Assembly: GCF_014857065.1 (NCBI RefSeq)
Contig: NZ_CP046533.1
Span: 240,001 to 272,000, forward strand
Length of the DNA: 32,000 nucleotides
Direction of reading: 5' to 3'
Source of the DNA: Candidatus Saccharimonadota bacterium
GTDB taxonomy: Bacteria; Pseudomonadota; Gammaproteobacteria; Enterobacterales; Enterobacteriaceae
The notes under the pieces were generated by a model. That model was given only the letters and a program-made list of their open reading frames with translations. It did not search any database and was not told the DNA's origin. Below, piece after piece: positions 21,479-30,162 of this stretch; positions within the stretch are counted from its first letter, which is position 1; each line of letters opens with the position of its first letter. A program made the translations under genes and the position numbers.

Positions 21479-21976
21479 TTATTTATCTATCCTGCCATTC
21501 AAATAATCATTTTTCATTTGTGACTGTAAATAATTACACATTCCAATTTTTGAAATGAAATACAACTCAGTTTCCAAAAAATCTACATGTTTTTCTTCAT
21601 CAACAAGAATTTTTAACATTATATCTCTTGATACATAATCACTTGTTGAATCAATATAAGCAATACTTGCTCGTAAACTTTGTATATTACGTAATTCTAA
21701 ATCTAAATCATTTTTTAAAATACTCTCAACATCATTACCGATACTCAATTTATCAAATCTGGATATATCTAATACTCCATCTAAAAATAAAATGCGCATA
21801 ATACAAGAATCTGCATGCTTTTGTTCTTCCATAGATTCTTGATATTCCATTTGAAAAAGATGCACTAAACCCTGCTTCTTAAATATACTAGAATGTAAAA
21901 GATACTGATTTATAGCAACAAGTTCATTTTTTAATATATTATTAAAATGATTAACCACCTGATCATCAATTTTCAT
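21479..21976 (-). CDS. bfr: Bacterioferritin (ferroxidase centre intact; heme ligand Met52 replaced by Gln)
   Basis: 165 aa, gap-free colinear with E. coli Bfr over residues 1-135 (NELVAINQY, EYQES.EE.KHAD, RILFL.G, DYVSRD, DEE.H.D.LE.EL). E18, E51, H54, E94, E127 and H130 are all present. Residue 52 is Gln (CAA, 21821-21823). Upstream of rpsJ as in enterobacteria. Confidence 0.9.
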   Translation of the reverse strand: MKIDDQVVNHFNNILKNELVAINQYLLHSSIFKKQGLVHLFQMEYQESMEEQKHADSCIMRILFLDGVLDISRFDKLSIGNDVESILKNDLDLELRNIQSLRASIAYIDSTSDYVSRDIMLKILVDEEKHVDFLETELYFISKIGMCNYLQSQMKNDYLNGRIDK

Positions 21977-22275
21977 AAATTCACCTATTCATTCATATGA
22001 TCAACATGATAACCCAAAAACACACAATCATATCTTTCATAATGATATTTGATCATAAAATACAAGAACTACACCAGTTATAATTAATTCATTATTTCAT
22101 AATTTTATCCAACTGAATATAACAAGAGAGCATACCCAAAATAATTAGTTATACATACAAAATTAATTGAAATTTTAGATAAAAAATAATTAACACTAAT
22201 TATACACAAAAAATTTATTTATAAAATAAACAAAAAAATTTTGGATGTAAATTAAATAACACAAAACATAAAATT

Positions 22276-22349
22276 TGCTGACAGGCAGATTTGAACTGCC
22301 GACCTCATCCTTACCAAGAATGTGCTCTAACCAACTGAGCTATGTCAGC
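22276..22349 (-). tRNA. thrT: tRNA-Thr (anticodon GGU); CCA not encoded
   Basis: The reverse complement is GCTGACATAGCTCAGTTGGTTAGAGCACATTCTTGGTAAGGATGAGGTCGGCAGTTCAAATCTGCCTGTCAGCA. It forms a cloverleaf with anticodon loop TTGGTAA and is near-identical to E. coli thrT. Confidence 0.93.
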
Positions 22350-22367
22350 AAAATTACGATTAAATAA

Positions 22368-22439
22368 AGCGGACAGTGGGAATTGAACCCACATCATCAA
22401 CTTGGAAGGTTGAGGTAATATCCATTATACGATGCCCAC
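22368..22439 (-). tRNA. glyT: tRNA-Gly (anticodon UCC); CCA not encoded
   Basis: The reverse complement is GTGGGCATCGTATAATGGATATTACCTCAACCTTCCAAGTTGATGATGTGGGTTCAATTCCCACTGTCCGCT. The anticodon loop is CTTCCAA, and it is colinear with E. coli glyT. Confidence 0.92.
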
Positions 22440-22481
22440 CAAAACTAAAAAAAAGATAAAACTACATAAAAGCAAAACAGA

Positions 22482-22563
22482 TGGTGGGGGAAGGATTCGA
22501 ACCTTCGAAGTCTAAGACGACAGATTTACAGTCTGCTCCCTTTAGCCGCTCGGGAACCCCACC
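22482..22563 (-). tRNA. tyrU: tRNA-Tyr (anticodon GUA, long variable arm); CCA not encoded
   Basis: The reverse complement is GGTGGGGTTCCCGAGCGGCTAAAGGGAGCAGACTGTAAATCTGTCGTCTTAGACTTCGAAGGTTCGAATCCTTCCCCCACCA. It is nearly identical to E. coli tRNA-Tyr, with anticodon loop CTGTAAA. Confidence 0.95.
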
Positions 22564-22577
22564 AAGACACAAACAAA

Positions 22578-22650
22578 TGCCGGCAGAAGGACTTGAACCT
22601 TCGACCTACTGATTACAAATCAGTTGCTCTACCCACTGAGCTATACCGAC
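22578..22650 (-). tRNA. thrU: tRNA-Thr (anticodon UGU); CCA not encoded
   Basis: The reverse complement is GTCGGTATAGCTCAGTGGGTAGAGCAACTGATTTGTAATCAGTAGGTCGAAGGTTCAAGTCCTTCTGCCGGCA. The anticodon stem is ACTGA/TCAGT and the loop is TTTGTAA. It is the first gene of a thrU-tyrU-glyT-thrT cluster as in E. coli. Confidence 0.9.
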
Positions 22651-22913
22651 CTCTACAAGATTAGAATACAAGATCTTAAAATAAAACATATCAAACCGAT
22701 AAAATATTTATTTTAAATTATAAAAACTACAGATACTAATATGTTACACAACAACACACCAAGAAATAGAAAAAATTACGCAACCGAAACAAATCAAATA
22801 CTAACAAGCCAAACATAATTTATTCATAGATTCATAGTATTTAACTATTAATATTTTTGCAAGAAATTATTTACAATTATTAATAAAACATACCAACATT
22901 TGTGGGAAATGAC

Positions 22914-23867
22914 ATGAATAATAATAAAATACAATTATCTTCAGTTCCTTATCTAGAATTTAATCGCACCCAATGGTCGAGATTAAGAAATTCGGTTCCG
23001 TTACTTTTAAACAAGAAAGAAATAAAAAAAATACAAGGAATTAATGAAGAACTTTCTTTACAAGAAGTCAAGAATATTTATCTACCTTTATCACGCCTTC
23101 TTAATTTCTATATTACATATAACATAAGACGTAAAATTGCAACAGAACAGTTTTTAGGAACTAATATTCAACCTGTTCCTTATATTATAGGAATAGCTGG
23201 AAGTGTCGCAGTTGGTAAAAGCACAACCGCTAGAGTATTAAAAACATTGCTAAGTAGATGGCCAGAACATCGTGTGGTAGAATTAGTAACTACAGATGGA
23301 TTTCTACATTCTAATAAAATTTTAAAAAAAAGAAACATAATGAAAAAAAAAGGCTTTCCACAATCATATGATACACGAAGCCTAGTACACTTTCTTTCCA
23401 AAATAAAATCTGGAGAAAAAATAATAAAAGTTCCAATTTATTCTCACTTAATATACGATGTTATTTATAACAAAAAAAAAACAATATCAAAACCAGATAT
23501 TTTAATCCTTGAAGGACTTAATGTACTACAAAGTAATTTAGACTATAAAGAAAACGCCTATAATATATTTGTATCAGATTTTCTCGATTTTTCTATTTAT
23601 GTTGATGCTCAAGAGTGGCTATTGAAACGCTGGTATATTCAACGTTTTCTTAAATTACGCCAAAGCACTTTTTTAAACGCTAATTCCTTTTTCCATCACT
23701 ATACTAAACTTTCCAATCAACAAACTATCAAAAACGCATCTAAAATATGGAAAGAAATTAATAGTCCAAATTTACGACAAAATATATTACCTACAAAAAA
23801 ACGTGCGAACCTCATTTTAATTAAAAGCATAAATCACAAAATAAATAAAATTAAGGTAAGAACATAA
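22914..23867 (+). CDS. coaA: Pantothenate kinase (type I)
   Basis: PYL.F.R.QW..LR.SVP..L...EI....[22 protein letters not shown], the P-loop [24 protein letters not shown] and [14 protein letters not shown] are colinear with E. coli CoaA. ATG 22914 preferred over the track GTG at 22902. Confidence 0.95.
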   Translation: MNNNKIQLSSVPYLEFNRTQWSRLRNSVPLLLNKKEIKKIQGINEELSLQEVKNIYLPLSRLLNFYITYNIRRKIATEQFLGTNIQPVPYIIGIAGSVAVGKSTTARVLKTLLSRWPEHRVVELVTTDGFLHSNKILKKRNIMKKKGFPQSYDTRSLVHFLSKIKSGEKIIKVPIYSHLIYDVIYNKKKTISKPDILILEGLNVLQSNLDYKENAYNIFVSDFLDFSIYVDAQEWLLKRWYIQRFLKLRQSTFLNANSFFHHYTKLSNQQTIKNASKIWKEINSPNLRQNILPTKKRANLILIKSINHKINKIKVRT

Positions 23868-24172
23868 TCTAATTACTTTCTTTACCATTAAATAATAATC
23901 TAAATATTTTATAATATAAATAAGTCAACATTTAATAACAAATTTAATAACCTTATATTCGACAAATATTTAAAATAATCAAAACACGATTACTGAAATT
24001 ATCTCATCCATTTGAAATAAACTCTATAATCATATGGTAAAGTAATAAAATAAATTTAATATCAACTAAAATAATTTTTAAACGTTCAACATAATGATAC
24101 TAATTTTAAATAAAATAACTAATCGATGGACCCAAATAATACTATACACATTTAAATAAACAATTAACCTAA

Positions 24173-25021
24173 CTAAAAAATATTAGCATTCAAATAAGAA
24201 TATACTCTTCCGGATCTTTCTAATAGTAAAGCACCCTGTCTATTTATACCACGATTAATACCTTGTAATATTTTATTATTAACCAATAATTTTATTTTTT
24301 TATTATAAAAATTATCAAATAATGACCAACGCATAACAAAAGACCTAAAATCTCCATGCTCAAATTTTCGTAAAGTATCATGTAGAACACTAATTAATTC
24401 AAAAATTAGTAAATTACGATTGATATAAATATCAAATTCTTGTAAACTTGCCCAACTATTTTTATATACCATATTGCTATAATGTGCTGACATATGAAAT
24501 GACGATAAATTGATGCCAATGCCAATTATCAAATGTAAAAAATCATCATTAATTTTATTTTTAATTTCTACTAATATTCCCGCTAATTTACGATTATTAA
24601 GATAAATGTCATTAGGCCACTTAATTCGTACCATACGTACACCTAATATCTTCAATGTTTCTGCCACCACAACAGCAACCATTGGGCTAAATATCGTATT
24701 AAATACTTTTCTCTTAACCATATGCCAATAAATAGAAAAATATAAATTACCACCAAGAAAAGATATCCATTTTCTACCCAACCTACCCATTCCTTGACTC
24801 TGATACTCTGCAATACAAACATCTCCAGATTTTAAATTAACAATATGATCTATCAAATATTTATTTGTTGAATCAATTATTAAAAATAAAAATAAATTAT
24901 TATTCGAATAATCTTTTAAAATATCAGATAAAACATAAAATTCAGTAAAACTCCTATATTCATAATAATAACTAAATTTATTTGCTATATCATGTAATTC
25001 CCAATCACAAATTATATGCAT
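24173..25021 (-). CDS. birA: Biotin--[acetyl-CoA-carboxylase] ligase, without a recognisable N-terminal DNA-binding domain
   Basis: 282 aa. IDSTN.YL.D.I..LKSGD.CIAEYQ.QG.GR.GRKW, KWPNDIYL..RKLAGILVE, GIGIN and QGALLLE are colinear with E. coli BirA residues ~86-321. The first ~48 residues are unrelated to the E. coli winged-helix domain. Downstream of murB as in E. coli. Confidence 0.9.
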   Translation of the reverse strand: MHIICDWELHDIANKFSYYYEYRSFTEFYVLSDILKDYSNNNLFLFLIIDSTNKYLIDHIVNLKSGDVCIAEYQSQGMGRLGRKWISFLGGNLYFSIYWHMVKRKVFNTIFSPMVAVVVAETLKILGVRMVRIKWPNDIYLNNRKLAGILVEIKNKINDDFLHLIIGIGINLSSFHMSAHYSNMVYKNSWASLQEFDIYINRNLLIFELISVLHDTLRKFEHGDFRSFVMRWSLFDNFYNKKIKLLVNNKILQGINRGINRQGALLLERSGRVYSYLNANIF

Positions 25022-25058
25022 ATGTAACCAATTTTGAAATCCACATTAATAAAATACA

Positions 25059-26108
25059 CTAACATAATTCATTAAATAATTTAATTGCATCGATTTCACC
25101 ATGAGCATCAATAAATCTTACTTCTGGCTCTAACCAAATTGAAAACTTATCAGCAACTCTATTACGAATAAAACAAGCTAATTTAACAATCTCAATGCCT
25201 GTAGCACACTGATTACTGTTAATTAAAACTAAAGATTGCTTACTGTAAACTCCCGCATTACCTAGCCGATAACCTTTTAAATGACAACTATCTATTAACC
25301 AAGCTGCAAATAATTTCACTTTTCCATTACACTGAAAGGAACATGGCATATCAGGGTAACAATTAGATAAGTTATCAGCTATATTCCTATCAACAATTGG
25401 ATTCTTAAAAAAACTGCCAGCGTTTCCAATTACCGAAGGATCAGGTATACTCCTGCAACGTAAATCATAAATAAAACGAAACAATTGAATAGGTGAAATT
25501 TCGCTAACATTTAAACTACGTAATGATCTATAATTAAGGACAGGATGCCAAATTTTAGAAATTTTTAATCCAACAGCAACAACAGCATATTTGTAGAATT
25601 TTTTTTTAAATATACTATCACGATATCCAAACTTACAATCAAAAGACATGAAGCGAATTTTTTCTCCATTATTTAACTGTAAAACATCTACATATTCACA
25701 AAATTGCTGTAATTCAACACCAAAAGCTCCAATATTATGAATAGGAGCAGCTCCCACATAACCAGGTATCCATGCTAAATTTTCCAAACCAGGCATGTTT
25801 CGAAATAAACTATAAACAACTAGCTGATGCCAAATCTCTCCTGCTCCGATATGCAAATGCCAAAAATTACTAGATTCATGCACTAATAATCCTTTTATAC
25901 GATTCAACAACACAACACCATTATAATCTTCTAAAAATAAAACATTACAACCGCCCCCTAATAATAACACTGATTTATTATTCTGAGTAGCCTGCCGCCA
26001 ATATATTAAAAGTTCACTTTCACTATAAACTTCCTTAATACTTTCGGCTGATACATCAATAGAAAAAGTATTAAAATATTTCAAAGTTACCTTATTAAAT
26101 ATACACAT
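25059..26108 (-). CDS. murB: UDP-N-acetylenolpyruvoylglucosamine reductase
   Basis: 349 aa. NTF.ID, LLLG.G.NVLFLEDY.G.V..NRIKG, MPGLENLA.IPG.VG..PI.NIGA.GVELQ, FGYRDSIFK, NAGSFFKNP.V and WLEPEVRFI are colinear with E. coli MurB. Confidence 0.95.
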   Translation of the reverse strand: MCIFNKVTLKYFNTFSIDVSAESIKEVYSESELLIYWRQATQNNKSVLLLGGGCNVLFLEDYNGVVLLNRIKGLLVHESSNFWHLHIGAGEIWHQLVVYSLFRNMPGLENLAWIPGYVGAAPIHNIGAFGVELQQFCEYVDVLQLNNGEKIRFMSFDCKFGYRDSIFKKKFYKYAVVAVGLKISKIWHPVLNYRSLRSLNVSEISPIQLFRFIYDLRCRSIPDPSVIGNAGSFFKNPIVDRNIADNLSNCYPDMPCSFQCNGKVKLFAAWLIDSCHLKGYRLGNAGVYSKQSLVLINSNQCATGIEIVKLACFIRNRVADKFSIWLEPEVRFIDAHGEIDAIKLFNELC

Positions 26109-26185
26109 AACTTAATTCAAATATTAAAATTCATAATTATACCTATATTAAATAAATGCCAATATAGAATAAAACATTGAGTTAA

Positions 26186-26240
26186 ATTTGATCGTCACAC
26201 CTATTAATTATTTTATAATTAATAGGTGTGACGATCAAAT
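26186..26240. repeat. Perfect 26-bp inverted repeat (hairpin with a 3-nt loop) in the clpB-murB spacer
   Basis: 26186-26211 ATTTGATCGTCACACCTATTAATTAT is the exact reverse complement of 26215-26240, with loop TTT at 26212-26214. I checked it base by base. It lies 11 nt after the clpB stop and 77 nt before the murB start, and carries two GATC sites. It may be a terminator, a processing site or an operator; the function is unknown. Confidence 0.9.
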
Positions 26241-26251
26241 ATTCCAAAAAT

Positions 26252-28828
26252 TTATTGAACAGCCACTATACGGTTATTTTGTAAAATTAATTTAATATTT
26301 TCTCCAGGTATTATAGAATTAGAAAGAATTTGTTGAGATAAAGGATTCTCAATCTCTTGTTGAATAGCTCTCTTTAATGGTCTAGCACCATAAACTGGAT
26401 CAAAACCAATCTTGCCGAGAAATTCTAATACACTGTAATCTATTATAATTGAATAACCTTTTTCCTCCAAACGTTTACAAAGACTATTCAATTGAATTTC
26501 TGCTATCTTAATAATATGATCATTATTAAGAGGATGAAAAACTACTACTTCATCTATCCTGTTAACAAATTCTGGACGAAAATGAGAGTTAACTACATTA
26601 AATACTAAATTTTTCATTTCTTGATAATCAAATTGATCAAAACGTTCTTGAATAATATCTGAACCTAAATTAGAAGTCATAATAATTACAGTATTACGAA
26701 AATCTACCGTTCGGCCATGTCCATCAGTCAATCTACCATCATCTAATACTTGCAATAATATATTAAACACATCTGAATGTGCTTTTTCAATTTCATCTAA
26801 TAAAATTACAGAATAAGGATGTCGACGTATAACTTCAGTCAAATATCCACCTTCTTCGTAACCAATATAACCAGGAGGTGCACCGAGTAATCTTGAAACA
26901 GAATGTTTTTCCATAAATTCAGACATATCTATTCGCAACATAGCGTTGTTAGTATCAAATAAAAAATATGCTAATACTTTGCACAATTCTGTCTTTCCAA
27001 CACCAGTAGGGCCTAAAAACATAAATGAACCAATAGGTCTATTAGGATCAGCTAAACCAGCGCGACTACGTCTTATAGAATTTGAAACAGCTTCTACAGC
27101 TTCATTTTGACCAATTATTACTTTATGTAACGATTCTTCCATACGTAATAACTTATTTCTTTCGCTTTCTAACATTCTAGATACTGGTATTCCAGTCCAA
27201 CGAGCTAACACTTCAGCTATTTCTACATCCGTTACTCGATTACGCAATAATTTCATATTTTTGTCTTTGGACTGTAAAATAACCGATAATTTTTTCTCTA
27301 TTTCTGGAATTTTACCATATTGTAATTCAGACATACGAGCTAAATCGCCAACACGACGAGCTTTTTCCATTAAAATTTTCGCTTGTTCTATCTCAGATTT
27401 TAAAAATTGGGTACTTAATAAAGAATGCTTTTCTTCTTGCCAATCTTTTTCTAAAGCAAAAAAAGAACGTTGCTTATCCGTTAATTCATTATTAAGAATC
27501 TCCAAACGTTTCAAGCTAGCTTCATCCGATTCCTTTTTTAATGCTTGTTTTTCTAATTTCAATTGGATAATGCGTCTCTCTAATCTATCTAATTCTTCTG
27601 GCTTAGAATCCATCTGAATGCGAATACTGGAAGCAGCTTCATCAATAAGATCAATTGCTTTATCTGGTAATTGACGATCAGTAATGTAACGATAAGAAAG
27701 TGTCGCTGCAGCTACAATTGCTGGATCAGTGATTTGTACATGATGATGCAATTCATAACGTTCTTTTAATCCACGCAAAATGGCAATCGTATCTTCAATA
27801 GTAGGTTCGACTATAAATACTTTTTGAAAACGTCTTTCTAATGCAGCATCTTTTTCAATATATTTACGGTATTCATCAAGAGTTGTAGCCCCTACACAAT
27901 GTAATTCGCCACGCGCCAATCTAGGTTTAAGCATATTACTAGCATCCATAGCTCCATCAACTTTACCAGCACCAACCATAGTATGTAATTCATCAATAAA
28001 TAATATTATACTACCTTCTTGTTTGGACAAACTGTTTAAAACACCTTTCAAACGTTCCTCAAATTCACCTCGATATTTAGCTCCAGCTAATAAAGCTCCC
28101 ATATCTAATGAAAGAACCCTATTATTTCTTAATCCTTCTGGCACTTCACCATTCACAATACGCTGAGCTAATCCTTCTACAATAGCCGTCTTTCCTACTC
28201 CAGGAGAACCAATAAGCACAGGGTTATTCTTTGTACGTCTTTGCAAAACCTGTACAGTACGTCTAATTTCTTCATCTCGACCAATTACTGGATCTAATTT
28301 ACCCTGTTCTGCAAACTGAGTAAGATCAATAGTAAACATTTTTAATGCTTGACGTTGATCTTCTGCCCCTTGAAAATGTATACCCCCTTCATCACAACGT
28401 ATCTTATCTATTCCTTGAAGGATTTTATCCCTAGTCACGCCATATTTTTTTAATAAATCAGATAAAATTCTTGAATCTTCAAATGAAGACAGCAAGAACA
28501 ATTCAGAAGAAATAAAATTATCAGATCGTTTCTGAGCTAATTTATCACACATATTTAAAATTTTTATTAAATCAGAAGAAAATTGAACATCACCTCCTAC
28601 ACCTTCTACTTTTGGTAACTTTTGACATAATTGCTCAATTTGATTGCTAAATTTAAACACGTCCACTTTAACATACTGAAGCAAAGAACAAATACTACTA
28701 TTATCTTGTCTAAGTAATGACGCCATTACATGTAGTTCATCAATAAATTGATTATCTAACCCAAGAGCCATAGACTGAGCATTAGAAAGAGCCGATTGAA
28801 ATTTATTAGTAAAACGATCAAAACGCAT
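26252..28828 (-). CDS. clpB: Chaperone/disaggregase ClpB (Hsp104 family AAA+)
   Basis: From ATG 28828 ([11 protein letters not shown]...) it is colinear with E. coli ClpB over its full length. Both Walker A boxes are present ([15 protein letters not shown]; [12 protein letters not shown]), as are the coiled-coil middle domain and the C-terminus [20 protein letters not shown]. The track start at 28846 adds 6 residues. Confidence 0.98.
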   Translation of the reverse strand: MRFDRFTNKFQSALSNAQSMALGLDNQFIDELHVMASLLRQDNSSICSLLQYVKVDVFKFSNQIEQLCQKLPKVEGVGGDVQFSSDLIKILNMCDKLAQKRSDNFISSELFLLSSFEDSRILSDLLKKYGVTRDKILQGIDKIRCDEGGIHFQGAEDQRQALKMFTIDLTQFAEQGKLDPVIGRDEEIRRTVQVLQRRTKNNPVLIGSPGVGKTAIVEGLAQRIVNGEVPEGLRNNRVLSLDMGALLAGAKYRGEFEERLKGVLNSLSKQEGSIILFIDELHTMVGAGKVDGAMDASNMLKPRLARGELHCVGATTLDEYRKYIEKDAALERRFQKVFIVEPTIEDTIAILRGLKERYELHHHVQITDPAIVAAATLSYRYITDRQLPDKAIDLIDEAASSIRIQMDSKPEELDRLERRIIQLKLEKQALKKESDEASLKRLEILNNELTDKQRSFFALEKDWQEEKHSLLSTQFLKSEIEQAKILMEKARRVGDLARMSELQYGKIPEIEKKLSVILQSKDKNMKLLRNRVTDVEIAEVLARWTGIPVSRMLESERNKLLRMEESLHKVIIGQNEAVEAVSNSIRRSRAGLADPNRPIGSFMFLGPTGVGKTELCKVLAYFLFDTNNAMLRIDMSEFMEKHSVSRLLGAPPGYIGYEEGGYLTEVIRRHPYSVILLDEIEKAHSDVFNILLQVLDDGRLTDGHGRTVDFRNTVIIMTSNLGSDIIQERFDQFDYQEMKNLVFNVVNSHFRPEFVNRIDEVVVFHPLNNDHIIKIAEIQLNSLCKRLEEKGYSIIIDYSVLEFLGKIGFDPVYGARPLKRAIQQEIENPLSQQILSNSIIPGENIKLILQNNRIVAVQ

Positions 28829-29022
28829 ATATCTCTCTCCATTCAAATTAAATTGTAACTACACACAACACAAATACACTCCTTTACAATTTAAAAAAAT
28901 AAATACTTAAATAAAACAATATCAATTTAAAGCTTATATTTTAATAAATATCCAACAACTAACTTAATTAGTACATAAATCAACATCAAACAATATTTAA
29001 CAATAAAATAAATCTTAATAAA

Positions 29023-29997
29023 TTATTTTCCTTTAACATCACGATCATTTTTCAATTCATATATTAACTCTTCAAAATCTCTAGGTAATGAAGTTTCAAA
29101 TTTTAAAGCATTATGAGTGATGGGATGATGAAACTGTAAACTAATAGCATGCAATGCTTGTCGATTAAAATTAAGTAAACATCTATTAAGTGAATCAGAT
29201 GCATTTCTAATTGAAGAACACATTCTGCCATATTTTTGATCGCCTACTAAAGGATGATTAATATAAGACATATGAACACGAATCTGATGTGTTCTTCCAG
29301 TATTAGGATACAATCTAAGTCTAGTATGAAAACGAAAATTCTCCACAACGCGATAATTAGTAACCGCAAACTTACCCATACGATGAACCATCATACAAGT
29401 ACGCTTAATTAAATGACGAGATATAGGTTGATCTATTGTTCCGTCAATACTCAAAATACCAAAAACTATAGCTTCATATTCTCTCTTAATATTGCGAGAT
29501 TTAAACAATTCAATTAATTTATTTCTTACAGAATTTCTTTTAGCTATCACCATCAAACCTGTAGTATCTTTATCTAAACGATGAACAATTCCTGAACGCG
29601 GCACCTCAGATATATCCGGAAAATAATATAATAAAGCATTTAAAATAGTACCTGAAGGATTACCAGCACCAGGATGTACTACAAGATTACAAGGTTTATT
29701 TATTACCATAAGATAAGGATCTTCAAAAATAATATTTAACGCAATATTTTGAGCTTGTAATAACTTAGAATCTACATTAGCAACATGTATCTCAACTTGT
29801 TCCTTAAAAAAAACTTTTTTATCAGGTGTAAACACAATTTTTTTATTTAATTTGACATTGCCAGAAAGAATCATTTTCTTTATTTGTGAACGAGAATATG
29901 AAGGAAACAAACAAACCAAAGCCTGATCTAAACGCCTTCCAGACTGAGATTTATTAATTCTATTTATAAAATATTGGTTATTTTTACATACATCCAT
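29023..29997 (-). CDS. rluD: 23S rRNA pseudouridine synthase D (RluA family)
   Basis: G.RLDQAL...FP.YSRS.IK (S4 domain), NKP..LVVHPGAGN..GT.LNALL.Y.P, R.GIVHRLDKDTTGLMV.AK (catalytic Asp), TGRTHQIRVHM..I.HPLVGD and RQALHA are colinear with E. coli RluD. ATG 29997 preferred over the track TTG at 30009. Confidence 0.94.
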   Translation of the reverse strand: MDVCKNNQYFINRINKSQSGRRLDQALVCLFPSYSRSQIKKMILSGNVKLNKKIVFTPDKKVFFKEQVEIHVANVDSKLLQAQNIALNIIFEDPYLMVINKPCNLVVHPGAGNPSGTILNALLYYFPDISEVPRSGIVHRLDKDTTGLMVIAKRNSVRNKLIELFKSRNIKREYEAIVFGILSIDGTIDQPISRHLIKRTCMMVHRMGKFAVTNYRVVENFRFHTRLRLYPNTGRTHQIRVHMSYINHPLVGDQKYGRMCSSIRNASDSLNRCLLNFNRQALHAISLQFHHPITHNALKFETSLPRDFEELIYELKNDRDVKGK

Positions 29998-30162
29998 CTT
30001 TAAATGCAATATAAAAAATGATAATGTAAGGATTGTTATTTAATTATCTAGATCTAACTATTCAGTTATCACTTATAAGATCATAAATGCATGCTGTATA
30101 TATATAAAATTTAACATAATTATGTTAATTTAGATTACTAAAAACAATATGTATATAAAACA

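Noticed and set aside
22100-22156. A possible remnant of bfd: minus-strand ATG TAT AAC TAA at 22156 (MYN*, against E. coli Bfd MYVCLC...), followed in frame by ..WVCSLV...
   Set aside because: It matches only two or three residues, the spacing to bfr is wrong, and there are multiple stops. It is indistinguishable from chance.
22200-22208. TTATACACA, which matches the DnaA-box consensus TTATNCACA, upstream of bfr.
   Set aside because: It is a single isolated box. Given the base composition, a few such matches are expected by chance in 32 kb on two strands. There is no cluster, no AT-rich unwinding repeats and no skew switch.
28829-29022. I looked for a sigma-32 heat-shock promoter (CTTGAAA ... 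CCCCATNT) upstream of clpB.
   Set aside because: Neither element is recognisable on the minus strand in this spacer. I make no promoter call.
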